Shown here piece by piece: positions 57,512 to 64,000 of a stretch of 64,000 nt of DNA. The DNA is from Bacillota bacterium (lineage in GTDB: Bacteria > Bacillota > Clostridia > Peptostreptococcales > Anaerovoracaceae), in assembly GCA_030526325.1 (NCBI GenBank), contig JAUNCY010000003.1:268-64267 (forward strand). Direction: 5' to 3'. Every line of letters begins with the position of its first letter. The first letter of the stretch is position 1. The notes below the pieces were generated by a model. The model had not been told where the DNA came from. It searched no databases and was given only the letters and a program-made list of their open reading frames with translations. The position numbers were made by a program, and so were the translations under genes.

Positions 57512-57540
57512 ATCTTATTACGTGATAAAAACAATGTCAA
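57512..57540 (-). promoter_or_regulatory. Sigma-A-type promoter of the polyferredoxin-PFOR-nfnAB unit
   Basis: Minus strand reads TTGACA (57535-57540), 17-nt spacer, TAAGAT (57512-57517). The -10 is about 55 nt upstream of the ATG. Confidence 0.5.
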
Positions 57541-57563
57541 CTGAAATAGTAAACATCCCACAA

Positions 57564-57581
57564 TTGTTAATTTTTGAACAC
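57564..57581. promoter_or_regulatory. Rex-box-like inverted repeat upstream of the promoter
   Basis: TTGTTAA-TTTT-TGAACAC compared with the clostridial Rex consensus TTGTTAA-N4-TTAACAA: 12 of 14 half-site positions match. Confidence 0.25.
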
Positions 57582-57761
57582 TTCCGCGGCTTTTTGCAGT
57601 TTTGAAATCAACGTAAATTTTTAGATTTTCATCCGTTCGCTCCGGGAAAAAACAGGGGTCTTTTTTGTGTTCCGGTTACGCCAAAAAATTAGTAAATGCG
57701 AATAATTATTATTAACTTTATGAATAATTAACTATGCAGTTTATTATGAACATTAATCAAT

Positions 57762-57808
57762 AAAAAAACGACGGAAACCTTTTCAAAATATACGAAAAAA
57801 TCTCCGTC
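57762..57808 (-). terminator. Terminator-like hairpin after the ABC transporter operon
   Basis: Minus strand stem GACGGA...UCCGUC (57770-57808) has an inner UUUUC/GAAAA helix and is followed by UUUUUUU (57762-57768). The loop is large. Confidence 0.4.
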
Positions 57809-57840
57809 ATTGTTTTCATACTTTTTTAATTTTTATAGTT

Positions 57841-58635
57841 CTAAACCAGAAGCATACGGTCGCTGGCAAACTCGCCGGCACTTGCCTGTTCGAATTTTGC
57901 AAGAAGATCTTTTACCGTAAGTTTCTGTTTTTCTTCACCGGATGCATCAAAAATTATTTTTCCCTCATGCATCATTATAATACGGTTTCCGAGTCTGAGG
58001 GCGTCTTTCATATTGTGAGTTATCATCAGAGTGGTAAGTTTTTCCTCTTCGACAATCTGCTCTGTTATCTCAAGAACCTTCGCCGCTGTTTTAGGATCCA
58101 GGGCTGCGGTATGCTCGTCAAGAAGAAAAAGCTTGGGATGATTCATGGATGCCATCAAAAGAGTAACTGCCTGTCGCTGACCTCCGGACAGAAGACCAAC
58201 CTTTGTGGAAAGTCTGTTTTCAAGTCCGAGACCCAGCTTGGAAAGCATCTGTTTGTATATCTCTCTGTCTGATTTTTTTATCGCCCAGGAGAGACCTTTT
58301 TTCTTTCCTCTGTCCATAGCCAGAGACATATTTTCCTCAATCCACATATCGGCTGCGGTTCCCATCATAGGATCCTGAAATACCCTTCCGATATATGAAG
58401 CTCTTTTGTACTCCGGAAGCTTTGTCACATCGACTCCGTCGATGGAGATAGTTCCCTCATCGACATAATGAGTTCCCGATACCACATTCAGCAGAGTGGA
58501 TTTTCCGGCTCCGTTTCCTCCTATCACTGTTACGAAATCCCCATCGTTCAAAGTAAGGGAAAGTCCATCCAATGCAACTTTTTCATTTACGGTGCCGGCA
58601 TTAAATATCTTTGTAATATTTTTAAGCTCTAACAT
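57841..58635 (-). CDS. ABC transporter ATP-binding protein (COG1101-type)
   Basis: 264 aa with Walker A GGNGAGKST, signature LSGGQRQ and Walker B LFLLDEHTAALD. Confidence 0.9.
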   Translation of the reverse strand: MLELKNITKIFNAGTVNEKVALDGLSLTLNDGDFVTVIGGNGAGKSTLLNVVSGTHYVDEGTISIDGVDVTKLPEYKRASYIGRVFQDPMMGTAADMWIEENMSLAMDRGKKKGLSWAIKKSDREIYKQMLSKLGLGLENRLSTKVGLLSGGQRQAVTLLMASMNHPKLFLLDEHTAALDPKTAAKVLEITEQIVEEEKLTTLMITHNMKDALRLGNRIIMMHEGKIIFDASGEEKQKLTVKDLLAKFEQASAGEFASDRMLLV

Positions 58636-59532
58636 CTACGAGACCTCCTTTTTTCTTTTTACCGGTTTCGAAAAATAGGTCTGTTTAATGTGAGGAACCG
58701 CAAGAAATATTGCAACCACTACGGCTGACAGCATCTTGAGCAGGTCCGTATCCAGGCCAAGGAAAATAACAACCTGATAAACAATATAATATATTACTCC
58801 GCCCAGAATTACTCCAAACAGTCGAACCGCAAAGTTTGAGGATATTCTGGATACCAAAACCTCTCCGATAATAACGGCAGCCAGTCCTATTACGATAGCT
58901 CCTCTTCCGTCATTAATATCAGCCTTGCCGGAATACTGTGCAAGCAGCGCTCCGGAAAGAGCAACCACACCGTTTGAAAGAACAAAACCGATAACCTTGT
59001 TCCTGCTTGTGTTTATTCCCTGGGCTCTGGCCATCTTCTCGTTGCTGCCGGTTGCACGAAGGGCAACTCCGAACTTTGTTCCGAAGAACCAGTATAAAAC
59101 CGCAACCAGTACGATACAGAATACAGCCAGAATAATAAGTGATTCATATTTATGAAGCTGTGTCACAAGAACGTCGAAGGTTCTTGCCGGAAGAGCCTGG
59201 TTGGCCTTCCCCATTATCTTCAGGTTCAAAGACCATAGAATAAGCTGGGTCAGTATACCGGCAAGAATAGCCGGGATTCCCATAGCCGTGTGAAACAGTC
59301 CCGTAATAAGTCCTGCAGCCATTCCGGCAACAAATGCAACTAGCATTGCTGCCCAGACATTCCAGCCTGCCACCATCAGCATAGCGCATACAGCCATGCC
59401 GGTAACCATCGAACCGTCAACGGTAAGATCTGCCAGATCAAGTATTTTAAATGTCAGATATACACCGATTGCCATAATGCCCCATATCATTCCCTGGGCA
59501 ACAGCACCCGGCAAAGCATTAAGAAGTCCCAT
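58636..59532 (-). CDS. ABC transporter permease (COG4120-type)
   Basis: 298 aa, polytopic and hydrophobic. It abuts the ATPase gene with no gap. Confidence 0.85.
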   Translation of the reverse strand: MGLLNALPGAVAQGMIWGIMAIGVYLTFKILDLADLTVDGSMVTGMAVCAMLMVAGWNVWAAMLVAFVAGMAAGLITGLFHTAMGIPAILAGILTQLILWSLNLKIMGKANQALPARTFDVLVTQLHKYESLIILAVFCIVLVAVLYWFFGTKFGVALRATGSNEKMARAQGINTSRNKVIGFVLSNGVVALSGALLAQYSGKADINDGRGAIVIGLAAVIIGEVLVSRISSNFAVRLFGVILGGVIYYIVYQVVIFLGLDTDLLKMLSAVVVAIFLAVPHIKQTYFSKPVKRKKEVS

Positions 59533-59576
59533 AAATTTCTCCGTTCATTCAGTAATAATAATTTGTATAATCATAA

Positions 59577-59610
59577 ACTGTGTCACTTCCGTTGCCGGCA
59601 GTGACACAGT
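59577..59610 (-). other. Strong intra-operon stem-loop between the binding-protein and permease genes
   Basis: 11-bp perfect stem ACUGUGUCACU/AGUGACACAGU with a 12-nt loop. There is no long U-tract after it. Confidence 0.5.
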
Positions 59611-59672
59611 CGGGGTGATGCTATACTGTTAATAGATCTGCTCTGTCTTGTTTCGGACAGTATGATATTTTA

Positions 59673-60644
59673 CTATAAAGCTTCGTATCCTTCAGGAATT
59701 GTGATGCCGAGTTCATCACAGATTGTCTTATTGTACTTTTTAACAGGATTTGGATCGTATTCGATAGGCATTGTTGAAATGTCTGCATTTCCTTTCAGAA
59801 TTTCAACGGCCATTTCGCCTGTCTTTTTGCCGAGTTCATAGTAGCTGATTGACAGTGTTGCAATACCGCAGCCTGAGCATATTCCTGCTTCTCCCGCAAT
59901 AATAGGAGTTTTTGTTGGAAGTACAACGTTGTTTATTGTTTCTGTGCATGATGCAGCTGTATTATCTGTAGGGATGTAGATAACATCTGCTGCTGCAGCT
60001 GCTGCTTCGGCAACCTGTGCAACGTCTGATGATGCCGAGAAAGCAAAATCTTTTACTTCGAGACCTTTTGACTCGAGGCATTCTTTAACAACCGCAACCT
60101 GATAAGCTGAGTTTGGTTCTGCGGAGCAGTAAAGCATTGCAACTGTTTTAGCTTCCGGAACCAGGTCTACAACCATCTGAGCCTGCTCTTCAAGAGGAGC
60201 CAGGTCGGATGTACCTGAAATATTTCCTCCTACAGTACCGGTGAAGTCAGAAATCTCAAGAGCTACTCCGTATTCTGTAACAGATGTTCCGAGAATAGGA
60301 ATGTCAACTGTAGCATTTGCGGCAGCCTGAAGCGCACCTGTAGCATTTGCCATAATAAGGTCGACATTCTTAGAAACGAAGTCGTTTACTATTGTTGTGC
60401 ATGTGTTGTTTTCCCCGGCAGCATTCTGTTCGAGAAATTCCACGTTTTCTTCACCTAAACCTTCGATAACCGCATCTTTAAATCCCTGTGTAGCCGCATC
60501 GAGTGCTTCGTGTGTAACAAGCTGGCAGATACCGATAGTGTATGTGCCGCCTTCAGCGTCTCCTCCGGTCTCGCTTCCGCCGCAGCCTGCAAATGATACT
60601 GCGCAGAGCATCAGGCAAAGAATCAGTGCAATAAATTTTTTCAT
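59673..60644 (-). CDS. ABC transporter substrate-binding lipoprotein (COG2984/PF04392-like)
   Basis: 323 aa with signal peptide and lipobox (SFAGCGG), followed by a YTIGICQLVTHEALD... periplasmic-binding fold. Confidence 0.85.
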   Translation of the reverse strand: MKKFIALILCLMLCAVSFAGCGGSETGGDAEGGTYTIGICQLVTHEALDAATQGFKDAVIEGLGEENVEFLEQNAAGENNTCTTIVNDFVSKNVDLIMANATGALQAAANATVDIPILGTSVTEYGVALEISDFTGTVGGNISGTSDLAPLEEQAQMVVDLVPEAKTVAMLYCSAEPNSAYQVAVVKECLESKGLEVKDFAFSASSDVAQVAEAAAAAADVIYIPTDNTAASCTETINNVVLPTKTPIIAGEAGICSGCGIATLSISYYELGKKTGEMAVEILKGNADISTMPIEYDPNPVKKYNKTICDELGITIPEGYEAL

Positions 60645-60706
60645 TAATTTGTCCCTCTCTTCCTAGCGTTTGATTTATCACTTTAACGCTGTTATGTATT
60701 AAAGTA

Positions 60707-60735
60707 AATATACTCCAATAACAGCAGAATGTCAA
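60707..60735 (-). promoter_or_regulatory. Sigma-A-type promoter of the ABC transporter operon
   Basis: Minus strand reads TTGACA (60730-60735), 17-nt spacer, TATATT (60707-60712). Confidence 0.5.
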
Positions 60736-60837
60736 TGTTATTTCATCGATTACAGTAGAATTATGTCAGATAAAGCACAGAATTATTTGACTGTTTCAAT
60801 TTTTTTCTCAGCAAATGAAACTTATCTGTTCCGCACC

Positions 60838-61458
60838 TTATTCAGCGTTCTCTTTTATATTTTTTCCCGCTTTAGTACTTTTTACATTCTGTTTCAGTTT
60901 ACATATTCCTTGGGTCATAGTTCCCATAGGGCAGAAGCTGCACCAGGTTCTCGGTTTGAAAAGAACCATGACTACAAGCCCTATCAGGGTTGATGTAAGC
61001 ATCAGACTGTAAAATCCGAAGCTGAACTGAGCCGCCCATTCGGGCACCGTACCTGCCGAATATGCCCAGTCCCAGGGAACTCTGAATGTCCAGAAAAGCT
61101 TTATCGCTTCCTTCAGCGAATCTGCTCCCGAGCCCACAAGCCAGGTCTGAAAAATCATATTCCCGAACATGGCTAAAAAGAAAACAAGAAATCCGTATCT
61201 GAACCATTTTGACGACAGCCATGACGGAGCTTTTCTGTTCAGAGACAGCTTCCAGTCTTTTCCGGCTTTTCTGAAAAGCTGGCCTCTCCCGCAGTACCGG
61301 TTGCAGAAACCTTTGGTTCCCGCAGCTGCGGCAAATATAAGAGGAACCGCAAAATCTATCATGCCCAGCCATGCAAACATAATATTAAAGAATCCGAGAG
61401 TGAAATACAAAATGGACCATATCCAGAGATAATCATACCATTTTTTATGCATGGTCAT
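60838..61458 (-). CDS. Polytopic membrane protein with Cys motifs of the 4Fe-4S-binding (NapH/Fer4_5-like) type
   Basis: 206 aa and hydrophobic, with GFCNRYCGRGQL near the N-terminus and TWCSFCPMGT near the C-terminus. Confidence 0.65.
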   Translation of the reverse strand: MTMHKKWYDYLWIWSILYFTLGFFNIMFAWLGMIDFAVPLIFAAAAGTKGFCNRYCGRGQLFRKAGKDWKLSLNRKAPSWLSSKWFRYGFLVFFLAMFGNMIFQTWLVGSGADSLKEAIKLFWTFRVPWDWAYSAGTVPEWAAQFSFGFYSLMLTSTLIGLVVMVLFKPRTWCSFCPMGTMTQGICKLKQNVKSTKAGKNIKENAE

Positions 61459-61657
61459 TCACCGCCCTTTCAGTAATTTCTATACATCCCGAAGGACAGT
61501 TTCTGCTGCACAGCCCGCAGCCGATACATTTCTCCTCATCAACATATGCAAAGCATCCGTTTCTTATTTCCACTGCGTTTTTTCTGCAGGAATAAGCGCA
61601 TTCCCCGCAGGCGGTGCATCGTTTTATATCCACAGCAGCAAACTTTTTAATATTCAC
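61445..61657 (-). CDS. Small 2x[4Fe-4S] ferredoxin
   Basis: The track start is 61762. The likely start is the GTG at 61657 with GGAGG 7 nt upstream. Motifs CTACGECAYSC and CIGCGLCSRNCP are present. It overlaps the downstream membrane-protein gene by 14 nt. Confidence 0.65.
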   Translation of the reverse strand: MNIKKFAAVDIKRCTACGECAYSCRKNAVEIRNGCFAYVDEEKCIGCGLCSRNCPSGCIEITERAVNDHA

Positions 61658-61771
61658 AAAATTACCTCCATATAAAGATTTATGTTTTATCCGGCCTCTT
61701 TTTTTGTTACTAAGTACATGCGGCATATGCGCGACAGCCATACATAAAGTTTTTCCGCGCATTTAAACATT

Positions 61772-62530
61772 TCAGTACACCGGTCTGTCCTCCCTGGATG
61801 CTTTTCTGATCATCCTGTATACAACAACATACATGACTGCTACAAAAGCATAGAATACAATGCTTGCTGCCGCGGTGCCGCTCATAGCGCAGGCATCATA
61901 AAAACCGTGCAGCAGAACGGCGGAAACATAGCCCGACACCAGATTTATATTCCTGCCCGCTTTATCACCCCGGTTTTCGCAGAGTCTGGCACGTCCGTAA
62001 AACACACCCATAAAGACAGAAAACCCCAGATGACCGGGAATTGCAAACAGTGCCCTTGGAAGCACTACAGACAAACCGTAGGAAAAAACGTACTTTATGT
62101 TCTCAAATGCAGCAAATCCCAAAGAGACAAACACCGAATATACAACTCCGTCAAACATATGCGAGAAATTCCAGTCATTCCATGTGCGCCGTTTCAGAAA
62201 GAAAAACTTGCAGCCTTCTTCCGCCGCTCCCACCACGAGAAACGCAAGTACAAGAATGTAGTAAGGACTCGACCGCGTAATGGTGTTGTCCAGTATCAGA
62301 TTTCCTATCCTTTCCAGAACTATTGCACACAGGGCCGCTATAACACCGTACCAGACCAGCGACATTAGCAGTGCCGGCGGCTCTTTTTCAATGCGGTCCT
62401 GCCTATATACATATCTGAGCAGGATAAAGGCGGGAATTACCGCCGCCAGAATATAAATGAAAATTATTCGGCTGAACGCCATTGGCATAAAGAAAAACAA
62501 GTCCGTACCTCCTTTGCAGTTCTGATTCAT
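61772..62530 (-). CDS. prsW: PrsW-family intramembrane metalloprotease
   Basis: Motifs AAEEGCKFFFL and LLHGFYD lie within a polytopic protein. The likely start is the in-frame TTG at 62500, 7 nt after GGAGG. Confidence 0.8.
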   Translation of the reverse strand: MNQNCKGGTDLFFFMPMAFSRIIFIYILAAVIPAFILLRYVYRQDRIEKEPPALLMSLVWYGVIAALCAIVLERIGNLILDNTITRSSPYYILVLAFLVVGAAEEGCKFFFLKRRTWNDWNFSHMFDGVVYSVFVSLGFAAFENIKYVFSYGLSVVLPRALFAIPGHLGFSVFMGVFYGRARLCENRGDKAGRNINLVSGYVSAVLLHGFYDACAMSGTAAASIVFYAFVAVMYVVVYRMIRKASREDRPVY

Positions 62531-62537
62531 CTGATCG

Positions 62538-63029
62538 TTACAGTCCTGTTAAATCCAGTTTCATAAATATCGACGTACTCATAGGGCTGTCGTTATAGCA
62601 TTCCGTTATATAAAACCCGAATCTTTTATACAGTCTGACTGCCGATTCCAGAAACGGGAGCGTATCAAGCAGCATAAATGAATATCCGATGTTCTTCGCG
62701 TCATCTACTATTAATCGAACAAGCTGCTCACCGATTCTGTTATTTCTAAACTGCGGTCTTACATATAGACGTTTCATTTCGCAGTTTTTTTCATCTATTT
62801 TTCTCAGTCCGATGCAGCCTGCCGGCTGTCCTCCGCAATATGCAAGATACAGTCTGCCCATAGGGTATCCGTATTTTTCTTCAAGATGCTCAAGCTCCGC
62901 ATCATAATTCTGTATATCAAGATATTCTTTAAACGAGCTGTCCCCTTCTATCAGCATACCTATATATTCAAAAAACAAACTCTTTATTTCCTCCGGGTGA
63001 TTATATGCCGGTACAATTTCTATTTTCAT
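62538..63029 (-). CDS. GNAT-family N-acetyltransferase
   Basis: 163 aa with the acetyl-CoA motif RLYVRPQFRNNRIGEQLV. Confidence 0.85.
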   Translation of the reverse strand: MKIEIVPAYNHPEEIKSLFFEYIGMLIEGDSSFKEYLDIQNYDAELEHLEEKYGYPMGRLYLAYCGGQPAGCIGLRKIDEKNCEMKRLYVRPQFRNNRIGEQLVRLIVDDAKNIGYSFMLLDTLPFLESAVRLYKRFGFYITECYNDSPMSTSIFMKLDLTGL

Positions 63030-63610
63030 ATTTTCCCCTTCCTGTACTCAGGTCCGTCAGCAGGCATCAAAACAAAATACTTCATTTTTTCCTTTCCCTG
63101 TAAATCCTTCCATGCAAAACTGCCGTTTTCATAAATCATATATCCGTGCCAGCTTTCCTCTTTCGGAATTGATACCGATCCCGGATTCATATAGATATAG
63201 TCCGGGTATTCTGTGCATTTCGGCACATGGGTATGACCGCACATCAGAATATCGCCTTTATGAAGCGGCGGCAGTTTTTCTTCATTGTATACGTGCCCGT
63301 GCATCGCATATATCAGCACTTTTTCATCCGCAATCACGCAGTAATCGGACATAATCGGAAACTCAAGAACCATCTGATCCACTTCCGTATCACAGTTTCC
63401 CCGCACACAGATAATATCCTGTCTGTAAGCATTCAGCAGTTCTGTCACTGTTTTAGGCTGATAGTCTCTGGGCAGATCGTTTCTGGGGCCATGATACAGG
63501 ATATCTCCCAGCAGCAGAAGCCTGTCCGCTTTTTCTCTGCGATATGCTTCCAGCAGTTCTCTGCAGTAATATTCCGAACCGTGAATATCCGATGCAATCA
63601 TCCATTTCAT
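63026..63610 (-). CDS. YfcE/MJ0936-type metallophosphoesterase
   Basis: 194 aa with MIASDIHGS, LGDILYHGPRN, RGNCD and GHTH. Confidence 0.85.
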   Translation of the reverse strand: MKWMIASDIHGSEYYCRELLEAYRREKADRLLLLGDILYHGPRNDLPRDYQPKTVTELLNAYRQDIICVRGNCDTEVDQMVLEFPIMSDYCVIADEKVLIYAMHGHVYNEEKLPPLHKGDILMCGHTHVPKCTEYPDYIYMNPGSVSIPKEESWHGYMIYENGSFAWKDLQGKEKMKYFVLMPADGPEYRKGKI

Positions 63611-63687
63611 AATTTTCCATCCTTTCCTTAAAATCTGCTCTTTTCTATTGCCAATCTTTTCCTGCAGTATCCATTCAGCATCAAATT

Positions 63688-63999
63688 CTAATGCCTGCCC
63701 TGCTCAATCACCGTATTCGGCAGAACGCTGCGGGCCGAGCATTTTGCACATGGAGACGAATCCGGGAAATCATTATTCAACATAGCAGTTCTGAATTTTT
63801 CCATTTCTTCCCCGTTCCAGAAATCTTCTATTGATTTATTCCGGATTTTCTCACAGTCATCCTCTAAATAGAAAGTTCCGCAGCATTTATGATAATTTCC
63901 CTCGGTATCAATTGCCAGAGAAATAAACGGGCGTTTACAAATCCCGCTACAGTTCTCCTCAACCCCGAATTCGGATACAGGTACAACACCTGCCCAGTT
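63688..63999 (-). CDS. C-terminal (SPASM-like) part of a radical SAM protein, 5' end outside the window
   Basis: My own translation gives NWAGVVPVSEFGVEENCSGICKRPFISLAIDTEGNYHKCCGTFYLEDDCEKIRNKSIEDFWNGEEMEKFRTAMLNNDFPDSSPCAKCSARSVLPNTVIEQGRH*. The Cys spacing and the FWNG...F...C..C tail resemble SPASM/twitch domains. Confidence 0.55.
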   Translation of the reverse strand, partial: NWAGVVPVSEFGVEENCSGICKRPFISLAIDTEGNYHKCCGTFYLEDDCEKIRNKSIEDFWNGEEMEKFRTAMLNNDFPDSSPCAKCSARSVLPNTVIEQGRH

Positions 64000-64000
64000 T

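Noticed and set aside
1-64000. Search for CRISPR arrays, IS/transposase, integrase, phage, toxin-antitoxin or known defence genes, and for split ORFs indicating frameshift, selenocysteine or pseudogenes
   Set aside because: I saw none. There are no regularly spaced repeats, no recombinase-like ORFs, and no adjacent same-direction ORF fragments of one family. The window is core housekeeping plus a small metal/redox accessory stretch (about 44-50 kb).

Overview
This is a gene-dense chromosomal core segment, almost entirely on the minus strand. Gene content and synteny look like a Clostridia-class Firmicute: coaE-polA, dgt-dnaG-sigA-trmK-nif3, relA-dtd-MBL-hemZ-hisS-aspS-nadD-yqeK/rsfS-leuS-rnj, rplU-rpmA / obg, yajC / secDF. 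I annotate about 57 CDS, two type-II tRNA-Leu genes with encoded CCA, an RNase P RNA, and one candidate ~200-nt small RNA with 6S-like architecture. I also read several sigma-A-type promoters, a CsoR operator and intrinsic terminators directly from the sequence. Several ORF-track starts are too long because they run into RNA genes, promoters or upstream genes. I corrected these using in-frame ATG plus Shine-Dalgarno evidence. I see no transposase, integrase, CRISPR array, prophage or recognisable defence island, so I do not claim a confident new system. The most unusual items are: (1) a tight four-gene unit encoding a soluble, internally duplicated RnfB-like polyferredoxin, PFOR and NfnA/NfnB, with its own promoter and terminator. 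(2) A 1443-aa double-activase/dehydratase-like fusion protein overlapping the start of the uncharacterised ACT (UPF0237) + UPF0210 pair. (3) Two in-frame fusions that keep an internal SD+ATG at the junction: YqeK-RsfS, and CopA with a C-terminal CopZ-like domain. (4) An unannotated promoter-to-U-tract small-RNA candidate between the PHP phosphatase gene and cca. (5) rplU-rpmA without prp and with a propeptide-less L27. All homology calls are from motif recognition by eye, with no database search.
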